Positions 47,738 to 56,895 of a stretch of DNA of 64,000 bases are shown piece by piece. This DNA is from Dehalococcoidia bacterium (lineage in GTDB: Bacteria; Chloroflexota; Dehalococcoidia; Plut-88900): NCBI GenBank assembly GCA_965207225.1, contig CBDBLV010000003.1:160001-224000 (forward strand), given 5' to 3'. The translations under genes were made by a program, and so were the position numbers. The first letter of the stretch is position 1. Each line of letters opens with the position of its first letter. The notes under the pieces were generated by a model, which saw only the letters and a list, made by a program, of their open reading frames with translations, searched no databases and was not told the DNA's origin.

Positions 47738-48712
47738 CTAGAAAAGGCGGTGAACAGCCTCAATGACCCGGTCTTCGTCCGGCATAACGGCCTGTTCCAA
47801 GGGTCGGGCGTAGGGCATGGGGACATCCAAGGATGCTACCCGCTGGACGGGGGCATCCAGGTATTCAAGGGCGTTCTCCATGATCCGCGCCGATACCTCT
47901 GCGCCTATGCCCATGGGCTTCCAGCCCTCCTCCACGACAACTGCCCGGCTGGTCTTTTGGACTGACTGGACTATGGTCTCGGTGTCCATGGGGCGGAGGC
48001 AACGGAGGTCTACTACCTCGGCCTCAATGCCCTCATGGGACAGCCTTTCCGCAGCCTTGAGAGAGACGTGTGTCATGCGGGAATAGGTGATGATGGTGAC
48101 GTTGTCGCCTGTTCGCTTCACGTCGGCCTTGCCGAAGGGGATTGTGAAGTCGGGGTCGTCGTTGACTTCACCCTTGGCCCCGTAGAGGAGGGAGTGTTCG
48201 ATGAACATCACGGTGTTGGGGTCCCGGTAGGCGGTCCTGAAGAGGCCCATGGCGTCGGAGGGGGTGGAGGGAGCGACGACAAAGAGGCCCGGGACGTGAG
48301 CATACCATCCCTCCAGGCTCTGGGAGTGAGAGGCGGCAAGCTGGTTGCCGCCACCGCTGACCGTTCGGATGACCAGGGGCACGGTGACCTGACCGCCGGA
48401 CATGTAGTGGAGCTTGGCGGCGCTGTTGACAATCTGGTCTATGGCCAGAAGGCTGAAGTTGATGGTCATCAGCTCGACGATGGGTCGGGCGCCGCCCATG
48501 GCTGCGCCTATGCCCGCCCCAACGATCACCGACTCTGATATGGGCGTGTCTTTGATGCGCTCGGGGCCGTACTTGTCGAGGAAGCCGCGGGTCACGGCGT
48601 AGGCGCCTTCGTAGGTGCCGATGTCCTCGCCCATCATGAAGGCGCGTGGATCGGAGTCGAGGGTCTCCTTCAAGACTCGACTGATGGCCTTTCTGTAGGT
48701 GATGGATGCCAT
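47738..48712 (-). CDS. pdhB: Pyruvate dehydrogenase E1 beta subunit
   Basis: GEDIG, DTPISE, HSQSLE. Confidence 0.92.
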   Translation of the reverse strand: MASITYRKAISRVLKETLDSDPRAFMMGEDIGTYEGAYAVTRGFLDKYGPERIKDTPISESVIVGAGIGAAMGGARPIVELMTINFSLLAIDQIVNSAAKLHYMSGGQVTVPLVIRTVSGGGNQLAASHSQSLEGWYAHVPGLFVVAPSTPSDAMGLFRTAYRDPNTVMFIEHSLLYGAKGEVNDDPDFTIPFGKADVKRTGDNVTIITYSRMTHVSLKAAERLSHEGIEAEVVDLRCLRPMDTETIVQSVQKTSRAVVVEEGWKPMGIGAEVSARIMENALEYLDAPVQRVASLDVPMPYARPLEQAVMPDEDRVIEAVHRLF

Positions 48713-48720
48713 ACCTTGAA

Positions 48721-49701
48721 CTATGCGTAAACGTCGTCGTAGATGGCTTCGTGGGGCAGGACCGGGCTGGACTCGGCGAAGTCGACCGCATCGTTGATAA
48801 TCTCTTCGACTTCGGCCTCGATGGCCTGCATCTCGGCTTCATCCAGCAAACCGAGCTCTTCCATGTGGCGCTTCATACGGATGATAGGGCCCTTGTTGCG
48901 CCACTCCTCTTCCTCGGTCTTCTTGCGGTAGACCATGGGGTCGGCCATGGAGTGGCCACGGAAGCGGTAGGTCATGGCCTCGATGAAGGTCGGGCCCTGG
49001 CCTTTGCGGGCCCGGTCCACTGCTTCCCTAGTGGCGTCCATAACTTCGAATACGTCCATGCCGTCTATCTTGCCGGGCGTGTTCATGCCGTAGACAGGGG
49101 CGAAGCGGAAGATGTCGGTTCCGGCGAAGGTGTCCTGTATAGGCGACCCCATACCGTAGCCGTTGTTCTCGCAGAGGAAGACTACTGGAAGGTTCCAGAG
49201 GGCGGCCAGGTTGAGGGATTCGTGGAACTCACCTTCGTTGACGGCGCCATCGCCGAAGAAGCAGAGGGTCACGCTGTCATTGCCCAGGTGTTGGGCCGCT
49301 AGCCCGAGGCCCGCGGCGATGGGCATCATGCCCCCGACAATGGCGTAGCCCCCGAGGAATCCCAGTTCGGCGTTGAAGAGGTGCATTGAGCCGCCCTTGC
49401 CCTTACTGGTACCCCCGGACCGGCCAAAGAGCTCGGCCATGACCCGGCGGGGCTCCATGCCCCGGGCAAGGGCATGTCCATGTTCGCGGTAGTGGCTGAC
49501 TATGTAGTCCTGGGGTTGCAGGGTGGAGATGGAGCCAACGGCGATAGCTTCTTCTCCAATGTAGAGATGCAGAAAGCCGCCGATTTTGCCTCTCATGTAC
49601 ATCTCGGCGGCCTTTTCCTCGAACCTGCGGATGAGCAGCATCTGCCGGAGGAGGTCCGTATACTGCCATTTTTCCATGATGGGTTTGCTGAGTACTTTCA
49701 T
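48721..49701 (-). CDS. pdhA: Pyruvate dehydrogenase E1 alpha subunit
   Basis: GFLHLYIGEEA, GDGA...ENN, TYRFRGHSMADP. Confidence 0.94.
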   Translation of the reverse strand: MKVLSKPIMEKWQYTDLLRQMLLIRRFEEKAAEMYMRGKIGGFLHLYIGEEAIAVGSISTLQPQDYIVSHYREHGHALARGMEPRRVMAELFGRSGGTSKGKGGSMHLFNAELGFLGGYAIVGGMMPIAAGLGLAAQHLGNDSVTLCFFGDGAVNEGEFHESLNLAALWNLPVVFLCENNGYGMGSPIQDTFAGTDIFRFAPVYGMNTPGKIDGMDVFEVMDATREAVDRARKGQGPTFIEAMTYRFRGHSMADPMVYRKKTEEEEWRNKGPIIRMKRHMEELGLLDEAEMQAIEAEVEEIINDAVDFAESSPVLPHEAIYDDVYA

Positions 49702-49720
49702 GGCCTCCTCCCGTGAACCT

Positions 49721-51106
49721 CTACATGTGGACTGCCTGGCCCATGGCGGCCAGTGCGGCTTCCTTGAGGGCTTCGGACAGGGTGGGGTGGGGGTGTATTG
49801 CCAGGCCGACATCCTCGATGGTGGCGTCAAGGGCCTGGGCCACTGAGACCTCTCCCAGCAACTCGGTAACCTCGGGCCCGATCATGTGAGCGCCCAGGAT
49901 CTCTCCGTATTCCGCGCCGGCAACGACCTTGACAAATCCTTCCCTGTCCCCGTGTCCGAGGGCCTTGCCGCTGGCCATGAACGGAAACTTGCCAATCTTT
50001 ACTTCCATGCCGCGTTCGCGGGCCTGGGCCTCAGTGAGACCTACGCTGGCAACCTGGGGCTGGCAGTAGGTGGCCCTGGGTATGTTCTCGGCAACCAGTC
50101 GGATGGTGGGTAGGCCGGCGATGGTCTCGACGGCGATGTGGCCCTGGGCGAAGGCGGTGTGGGCCAGGAGGGGGGCGCCGGTGACGTCGCCGACGGCGTA
50201 GACATTGGCAAGGTTAGTGTGCATCACGTCGTCTGTGGCTATGAAGCCGTTCCGCATCTCGATACCCAGAGAATCCAGTCCAGTGCCCTCAACATTCCCT
50301 TCAAGGCCCACGGCCACCAGCACCTTGTCGCAGTGCACTTCAGTGGTGTCGTCACCTTTGGAGACGGTCAGGGTCGCTATGCCGTTGGTGAATTCGGAAG
50401 CTTCGACACGGGCGCCGGTCATGACGTTGATGGCCTGCTTATGGAAGGACTTTTCCAGGACCTGGCTGATCTCCGGGTCCTCGTTGGGAAGGAGGTGAGG
50501 AAGAAGCTCGATTACTGTGACTTCACAGCCGTATGTGGACCAAAGATAGGCGAACTCGACGCCCGCGGCCCCACCGCCGACTATAGCTACGCGGTCGGGC
50601 AGATCCTTCAGGGCAAGGGCTTCCCTGGTGGTGATTATGCGTTCACCGTCGACGGGAAGGGAGGGGATGCCTTTGTTGAGGGCGCCGGTGGCGACGATGA
50701 TATTGTCCGCCTCGATCTCTTCCTTGCCATCGATTGAGACCCGCCCGGGCCCCGGGATGGAGGCATGGCCGGGAAGCACCTCAATGCCGTAGCGCTTCAT
50801 CAACGATTTAAGCCCGCCGACAAGCCTCTTTACCACTTGCCGGCTGCGGTCGACGGCCTTGCCGTAGTCCACGGTGAGCTTATCGAAAGAGAATCCGAAC
50901 TCGTTGGCCCTGTGCATCAGGGACAGGACCTCGGCGTTGCGGAGAAGGGCCTTGCTGGGAATGCAGCCCCAGTTGAGGCAGAGCCCCCCAAGCTCCTCCT
51001 CTTCCACTATAACGACACTCATGCCAAGCTGGGCGGCACGGATGGCGGCCACGTAGCCCCCCGGGCCTCCACCGATAATTGCTATGTCGTAACTGGCCAT
51101 GTCCAC
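49721..51106 (-). CDS. lpdA: Dihydrolipoamide dehydrogenase (E3)
   Basis: GGGPGGY, GGLCLNWGCIPSK, HPTLSE. Confidence 0.95.
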   Translation of the reverse strand: MDMASYDIAIIGGGPGGYVAAIRAAQLGMSVVIVEEEELGGLCLNWGCIPSKALLRNAEVLSLMHRANEFGFSFDKLTVDYGKAVDRSRQVVKRLVGGLKSLMKRYGIEVLPGHASIPGPGRVSIDGKEEIEADNIIVATGALNKGIPSLPVDGERIITTREALALKDLPDRVAIVGGGAAGVEFAYLWSTYGCEVTVIELLPHLLPNEDPEISQVLEKSFHKQAINVMTGARVEASEFTNGIATLTVSKGDDTTEVHCDKVLVAVGLEGNVEGTGLDSLGIEMRNGFIATDDVMHTNLANVYAVGDVTGAPLLAHTAFAQGHIAVETIAGLPTIRLVAENIPRATYCQPQVASVGLTEAQARERGMEVKIGKFPFMASGKALGHGDREGFVKVVAGAEYGEILGAHMIGPEVTELLGEVSVAQALDATIEDVGLAIHPHPTLSEALKEAALAAMGQAVHM

Positions 51107-51116
51107 AGGATACTAC

Positions 51117-51995
51117 CTAGACCTGCTCGTGGGCGTGGTATGAGCTACGCACCAGGGGCCCAGATTCCACATGACGGAACCTCATCCTCTGGCCCTCTTC
51201 CTTCAATTTGGAGAATTCTTCGGGGGTGTAGTAGCGGCTGATGGGGAGGTGAGATTCGGAGGGTCGGAGGTACTGGCCTATGGTCAGAATGTCGCAGCCG
51301 ACATCTCGGAGGTCACGCATGGTGTGAATCACTTCCTCCACCTCCTCCCCGACACCCAGCATGATGCCGGATTTGGTCAGCTTGTCCGGTGATTTGGCTT
51401 TGGCCCTCTCCAGTAACTGTAAAGACCTTTCGTAAGTGGCCCGAGAGCGAACGACTTTCTGGAGCCGGGCGACGGTCTCGATGTTGTGGTTTAGGATGTC
51501 GGGCTCGGCGGCCAGCACGGTGTCCAGGCTGGATTCGGAGCCGCCAAAGTCCGGTATGAGAACCTCGATGCGGGTGTCGGGGTTGCGGTCACGGGTCCTG
51601 GAAATGGTCTGTGCGAAGGCGGATGCCCCGCCATCGGGGAGGTCGTCCCGGGCCACTGATGTTATGACCACGTGGGAGAGGCGCATCTTCTCGACGGCCC
51701 GGGCCACGCGCTCGGGTTCCAGGGGGTCGTTCCAGGTGGGCTTGCCGGAGGTGACGGCGCAGAAGCGGCAGGCCCGGGTGCAGACATCGCCCAGGATCAT
51801 GAAAGTGGCTGTACGGTTCTGCCAGCATTCGAAGATGTTGGGGCAGTTGGCCTCTTCGCAGACCGTGTTCAGGGACATTTTGCGCATCAGGGACTTCAGC
51901 TCCATGTAGTTGGGGCCGGTCTTGAGGCGCACCTTCAGCCACGGGGGACGGCGGGAGGGTGGGGAAGGTTTTGTGGGGGTTGCTGTGGGTCCCAT
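51117..51995 (-). CDS. lipA: Lipoyl synthase
   Basis: [26 protein letters not shown]; start uncertain. Confidence 0.95.
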   Translation of the reverse strand: MGPTATPTKPSPPSRRPPWLKVRLKTGPNYMELKSLMRKMSLNTVCEEANCPNIFECWQNRTATFMILGDVCTRACRFCAVTSGKPTWNDPLEPERVARAVEKMRLSHVVITSVARDDLPDGGASAFAQTISRTRDRNPDTRIEVLIPDFGGSESSLDTVLAAEPDILNHNIETVARLQKVVRSRATYERSLQLLERAKAKSPDKLTKSGIMLGVGEEVEEVIHTMRDLRDVGCDILTIGQYLRPSESHLPISRYYTPEEFSKLKEEGQRMRFRHVESGPLVRSSYHAHEQV

Positions 51996-52165
51996 ATCCA
52001 AAAGGTCTCGGTGCCAATTCCCTAAGGGACACGCATGCACATTATACACCGTCGTCGTTAGGAGAATTGAGAAGCCTGATTGCTATGCAATGGCACGAGT
52101 ACAGGGATGGACGCAGGTTCTGGGCCGGGCCAGAGGAGGATGTCTACTATTAAGACTTTGAATCT

Positions 52166-52190
52166 ATTATTGAGATTCTTTCGCAATAAT
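52166..52190. promoter_or_regulatory. Fur/Zur-like box upstream of znuA
   Basis: ATTATTGAGA-N5-TCGCAATAAT inverted repeat with one mismatch; second site CGAGA-N5-TCTCA at ~52318-52332. Confidence 0.55.
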
Positions 52191-52349
52191 TGACGCTTTG
52201 TCACACTAAACTTGTTGAATCGAAAACGGCGTATTATTCTTGACAATAAGCGCGCACAGCTTTAGCATGGCTAGCTGTCCTTAGGCCCAACGCAAGACTT
52301 CTTTGCCAAACAAACAGCGAGATTTTATCTCAATAGTGGGGTTCACACT

Positions 52350-53981
52350 ATGACATTCAACACCTTTAGAGGTCGTTTGCCGATGGCGTTGCTAGCACTC
52401 ATGCTGGTCGGCCTGCTGGCATTTGCCGGAATAGCGGGATGCTCGGGTGAAGAAGATGTGGTGGAAGAAGTAGAGCAAACCACCGAAGTAGTTGAGGGTG
52501 AAGAAGAGGTGGAACAGGCCACCGAAGCAGCTGAGGGTGAAGAAGAGGTAGTGGAAGAGGTGGAACAGGCCACCGAAGCAGCTGAGGGTGAAGAAGAGGC
52601 AGAGGAGGTGGAGGAGGCGGATAAGATAAAGGTTGTTACTACCACCAATTTTGTGGCTGATTGGGTCGAAAACGTGGGCGGCAACCGGGTGGAAGTGTTC
52701 AGCCTGGTCCCGACCGGCGCCGACCCCCACGGGTTCCAGCCCGGGGCGAGAGACGTTGCGAGGGTTGCGGATGCCGACCTGGTATTCAGCGTAGGGCTGG
52801 GGCTGGAAGACTCCTGGCTAAATGACCTGCTCCAAAACGCAGCCCGGGACCCCTCCCGCATTGTAGCGCTGACGGATTCGATAGAGCCGATAGAGTTTGG
52901 TGAAACCCACAGGGAAGACGTGGAACTGATCGCGGCCATCGAGGAAATCGTCCATGAAGTTGAAGAAGGCCATTTAAGCGCTGCTGATGCCATCGAGGAG
53001 ATAGAGCACCTCCTGGCTGCCAAGGAAGAGGGCCACGACGACCATGACCACGACGAGGAAGAGGGCCACGACGACCATGACCACGACGAGGAAGATGACC
53101 ACGACGACCACGACCACGATGAGGAAGATGACCACGACGACCATGACCACGATGAGGAAGATGACCACGACGACCATGACCACGATGAGGAAGATGACCA
53201 CGACGACCATGACCACGATGAGGAAGATGACCACGACGACCATGACCACGATGAGGAAGATGACCACGACGACCATGACCACGATGAGGAAGATGACCAC
53301 GACGACCATGACCATGGAGGGGAAAGTGTTGCCGCAAAGGTCCAGGCCATAATCGACCAGGTGGAAAGCGGCGCTATGTCCTTCGGCGAGGCCATTGAGG
53401 AGATCGACCACCTGGTGCATGATGAGGAGGATGCCCACGCGGGACACGGGCACGGCGTAGAAGACCCACACTTCTGGTTCGACCCACTACGGGTGAAGCT
53501 GGCAGTGGACTACATAGCTGAGCAGTTGTCAGTGCTGGACCCGGCCGGGGCCAACGGTTACTGGTCCAATGCGACAGCCTACAAGGCTCAACTGGATGAG
53601 CTGGACGCATGGACGCAAGAGCAGGTCAGTGCGGTGCCTGAGTCCAACCGATTCCTATTGACCTCCCACGACAGCCTCGGATACTTCGCCGACAGGTATG
53701 GCTTCGAGGTGATTGGAGTCATACTCGGAATCACCACGGAGGTAGAGCCTTCGGCGGAGCACCTGGTTGAACTCGTGCATACTATCGAGAGATACAATGT
53801 GCCGGCGGTGTTCGGCGAGACTACGGTCAGTGAACGGCTGGCCGCTGCGCTCGCTGGGGAGACGGGCGCCGAGTTGGTTAAGCTGTACTCGGGCTCGCTG
53901 GGCGCGGAAGGAAGCGGCGCGGAAACCTACATAGGCATGTTCAGGGCCAACGTGGAGAGCATAGTCGGCGCACTGAGGTAG
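52350..53981 (+). CDS. znuA: Zn/Mn ABC substrate-binding lipoprotein with a very long His/Asp-rich insert
   Basis: Lipobox IAGC, ADPHGF, DPHFWFDP, SHDSLGYF. Confidence 0.9.
   Translation: MTFNTFRGRLPMALLALMLVGLLAFAGIAGCSGEEDVVEEVEQTTEVVEGEEEVEQATEAAEGEEEVVEEVEQATEAAEGEEEAEEVEEADKIKVVTTTNFVADWVENVGGNRVEVFSLVPTGADPHGFQPGARDVARVADADLVFSVGLGLEDSWLNDLLQNAARDPSRIVALTDSIEPIEFGETHREDVELIAAIEEIVHEVEEGHLSAADAIEEIEHLLAAKEEGHDDHDHDEEEGHDDHDHDEEDDHDDHDHDEEDDHDDHDHDEEDDHDDHDHDEEDDHDDHDHDEEDDHDDHDHDEEDDHDDHDHDEEDDHDDHDHGGESVAAKVQAIIDQVESGAMSFGEAIEEIDHLVHDEEDAHAGHGHGVEDPHFWFDPLRVKLAVDYIAEQLSVLDPAGANGYWSNATAYKAQLDELDAWTQEQVSAVPESNRFLLTSHDSLGYFADRYGFEVIGVILGITTEVEPSAEHLVELVHTIERYNVPAVFGETTVSERLAAALAGETGAELVKLYSGSLGAEGSGAETYIGMFRANVESIVGALR
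53034..53315 (+). repeat. Coding 33-nt tandem repeat, 9 copies of HDDHDH(DEEDD)
   Basis: Direct reading: cacgacgaccatgaccacgatgaggaagatgac units, 282 nt. Confidence 0.95.
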
Positions 53982-54016
53982 GGGCCTTCAAAAGGGCGTA
54001 GATACCGGAACCCGAG

Positions 54017-54784
54017 ATGATAAAGACAGTTTCCAGTCCCGGTATAAGCGTCGATGACATCACCGTAGTTCGCGGCGGTCATACGGCGCTGACGGACGTT
54101 ACCTTTTCGGTAGGGCCAGCTACTCTCTTGGGAGTGGTAGGCCCTAACGGAGCAGGTAAGAGCACCTTGCTGGAGGCTATTGTTGGCCTATTGCCCCTGG
54201 ACAAGGGCTCGGTCCAACTTCATGGCTCTGCCGCCGAAAAGGGAGGGATAGCCTACGTTCCGCAAAGGGACAGGATAAACTGGGCCTTTCCGGCCACGGT
54301 GCACGACGTTGTGATGATGGGGAGGTGCTGCAACCTGGGATGGTTTCGACAGCCCGGTAGGTATGACCGGGAGTTGGTCTGCGAATGCCTGGAGCGGGTT
54401 GACATGTGGGACAGGCGCAGTTCGCCAATCACCGAGTTGTCGGGAGGGCAGCGCCAGAGGGTATTCATAGGTCGGGCGCTAGCGCAGGAGGCCAGTGTAA
54501 TCCTGCTGGACGAGGCATTCAGCGGCGTGGATGCCGGGGCCCAGGAAGACATCATCGAAGTACTTCAGGTTCTCCGGGACGAGGGCCGGGTAGCGGTGGT
54601 GGTAACCCACGACCTGACCAACCTTGCCCAGCGCTTCGACGAGATACTCTGCATTAACCATCACCTCTGCGCCAAGGGCCCTCCTGAAGAAGCCTTCACT
54701 CCTGAAGTCATGACGGAGCTCTACGGGTCTCACGGCGTTGAGTTCGCCCCCGATCACTACGAGCCGACCCTCAGCGGACGGTAG
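54017..54784 (+). CDS. znuC: Metal ABC transporter ATPase
   Basis: GPNGAGKST, YVPQ, LSGGQRQR, LLDE. Confidence 0.9.
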   Translation: MIKTVSSPGISVDDITVVRGGHTALTDVTFSVGPATLLGVVGPNGAGKSTLLEAIVGLLPLDKGSVQLHGSAAEKGGIAYVPQRDRINWAFPATVHDVVMMGRCCNLGWFRQPGRYDRELVCECLERVDMWDRRSSPITELSGGQRQRVFIGRALAQEASVILLDEAFSGVDAGAQEDIIEVLQVLRDEGRVAVVVTHDLTNLAQRFDEILCINHHLCAKGPPEEAFTPEVMTELYGSHGVEFAPDHYEPTLSGR

Positions 54785-55602
54785 TGGACTACATATCCGA
54801 TCCCTTCCAGTACAGCTTCATGGTGCGGGCGCTTATCGTGTCGGTGCTGGTGGGGGTGATGTGCCCGATACTGGGGGCATACGTGATCACCAGGGGTCGG
54901 GCCTTCATGGGCGACGCCCTGGCCCACTCCGTGCTGCCGGCCATGATAGCGGCCTTCATGCTGGGTTTCAGCCCCTTCTTCGCCGCGGTGCCGGCAGCAG
55001 TCCTGATAGCCATACTAATGGGGAGCATCAGTCGGCGCACGGGCATCAGCGAAGACACCTCGATTGGCATCATATTTGCGGGTATGTTCGCTCTCGGGCT
55101 GGTGATGCTGTCCACGGCGACAAATATCAACATTGATATAGAGGACCTGTTGCTTGGGCAGGTGCTGGGGGTTTCGCAGACTGATGTCTACGTGTCCCTG
55201 GGGCTGACGGCTCTGGTGCTGGCGGGACTATATGCCTTCCATCGACAGCTGATCTATACGACGTTCGACCTAGTGGGGGCGGCTGTTGTCGGGATCAAGA
55301 CCAGGATAATTGAATACGTGCTGCTGGCCCTTTTGGGCCTGGTGATAGTGATCGGGATCCAGGCGGCGGGTATCGTGCTGGTTATGGCTATGCTCATAAC
55401 TCCTGCCGCTGCGGCCTACCTGATAGCCAAGAGGTTCGTGGGGGTGATGGTGTTGGGGGCAGTGATTGGGGCTGCATCGGCAGTCACGGGCCTTTACCTC
55501 TCTTACTATGTGGACCTACCCTCGGGGCCGGCGATGGCACTGGTGGCGACGGGGGTCTTTGCAGTGACGGCTGTGGGGAAGCGGAGATTCGCGACCAGGT
55601 AG
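54784..55602 (+). CDS. znuB: Metal ABC transporter permease
   Basis: FMGDALAHSVLP, EDTSIGI, LITPAA. Confidence 0.9.
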   Translation: MDYISDPFQYSFMVRALIVSVLVGVMCPILGAYVITRGRAFMGDALAHSVLPAMIAAFMLGFSPFFAAVPAAVLIAILMGSISRRTGISEDTSIGIIFAGMFALGLVMLSTATNINIDIEDLLLGQVLGVSQTDVYVSLGLTALVLAGLYAFHRQLIYTTFDLVGAAVVGIKTRIIEYVLLALLGLVIVIGIQAAGIVLVMAMLITPAAAAYLIAKRFVGVMVLGAVIGAASAVTGLYLSYYVDLPSGPAMALVATGVFAVTAVGKRRFATR

Positions 55603-55810
55603 TCTGGCGGTCCCGCTCCACGAATGTCCGAAGAGTCCTTCCAACCCCGTTCAAGACGGCTGTGCCTATTCCCCGTTTAGTGAATGTGACGGGCCCCTGA
55701 AGTTAAGGCACTAGCAGTGCTTTTCCAACGAGGATTCGGGCGCTCCGTAAATTGGTTTTGATGTCCTATTGCATTTAATGAGACATATATGACATACTTA
55801 CTGAGACACG

Positions 55811-55831
55811 TATGAGATTTTGTATCTCATA
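55811..55831. promoter_or_regulatory. Perfect palindromic operator candidate upstream of the His/Cys peptide
   Basis: TATGAGAT-N5-ATCTCATA. Confidence 0.55.
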
Positions 55832-55899
55832 GCTTCAGCCGGGCCCCCGGACAGTCCGGGGGTTGGCATGCTGGAGAAAAAGCTCAGGAGGCAAATACT

Positions 55900-56121
55900 A
55901 TGGCAAACGCCCATGACTCTCATGAGTGCGACGCTCATGAGCACCACGGTGACGAGCCCGGGCACATCCACGACGCTCACGAGTGCGACGGGCACGAGCA
56001 CCACGCCGAGGACCACGGCCACGACTCGCATGAGTGCGACACGCACGAGCACCATGGCGACGAAGCCGGGCACGTACATGACCCGCACGAGTGCGACGGA
56101 CACGAGCACCACGGACACTAG
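55900..56121 (+). CDS. 73-aa His/Cys-rich repeat peptide, putative metal-binding protein
   Basis: AGGAGG SD; four HDxHECDxHEHH units; 24 His, 4 Cys, no Lys/Arg; own terminator. Confidence 0.75.
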   Translation: MANAHDSHECDAHEHHGDEPGHIHDAHECDGHEHHAEDHGHDSHECDTHEHHGDEAGHVHDPHECDGHEHHGH

Positions 56122-56168
56122 ACCGAAATATCCAGAAAATCGGCCAAGGTCGCTGGACCTTGGCAAGG

Positions 56169-56200
56169 AAAAGCGCCGACCTCTTTGGGTCGGCGCTTTT
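56169..56200. terminator. Bidirectional intrinsic terminator
   Basis: AAAAGCGCCGACC-loop-GGTCGGCGCTTTT. Confidence 0.8.
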
Positions 56201-56241
56201 GCGTTCACTGCGTTTAGAGGCCCGCTGCTAAGGATGGTGTG

Positions 56242-56544
56242 TTAGATGGGGAACCACTTCCTTCTAACGTTGCCGAAGCGAGACCGGGACACGAGGTGGT
56301 CTTCCTTGCATCCCAGTACGGATTCCTCTGCCTGTATCGTAGCGTGGGTGATACCGAAGTTGTCATGGGCGAGGTCCTTGATGCTCCTCAAGAGCTCATC
56401 CCTGTCTCCTGGGTAGTTGGGATTTATGAGCACATGGGCGGTGAAGGCGACCATTCCGGGGGTGATTGTCCAGACGTGAACGTCGTGGATGAAGGTAACG
56501 CATGGGATGTCCTCGGCGTCCCAGGGCTGGGGATGTGACTCCAC
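56242..56544 (-). pseudogene. C-terminal fragment of a CDF (CzcD/ZitB-like) metal exporter
   Basis: IHDVHVWTIT...TAHV...FGITHATIQAE; transmembrane domain absent, REP repeats lie upstream instead. Confidence 0.75.
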
Positions 56545-56597
56545 CGCTGCCTAGATCTGGAAATATCGTCGGAAGTACGGGTCCGTCAATTCTTGAG

Positions 56598-56708
56598 ACC
56601 CTTCGACCCAGTTCAGGGCGAGCGAAATGCCCCGCCCCCAAGGGATGGATTCCCGATCGGAGTCGGGAATAACGTTTATGCAAAGGTCTCCTTTAAGGGA
56701 GAAGGGGA
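56598..56708. repeat. Mosaic REP-like cluster B-A-D
   Basis: cccttcgacccagttcagggcgagcg; ggattcccgatcggagtcgggaataacg; tctcctttaagggaga. Confidence 0.7.
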
Positions 56709-56895
56709 AGAATAAACAGAGAGATGCACCTGCACCAAGACACAAGTGCATCTCTCCGATTTGTTACTGGAGGAGGACCAGGGGCCCTGATTGCAATATC
56801 ATTGTTTCAATTTATGGCCTAGTTTGGTACAATCAAAAACCGTGAGCAAAAAAAGCTCGAAATGGGTGCCTGATAGGAGAGGAGTGATTTTAGTC

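Noticed and set aside
53034-53315. 33-nt repeats as a CRISPR array
   Set aside because: No unique spacers; in-frame coding repeat inside znuA; no cas genes seen
52343-53395. 350-aa Ser/Trp-repeat ORF and other alternate-frame ORFs over znuA
   Set aside because: Antisense or shifted readings of the His/Asp repeat
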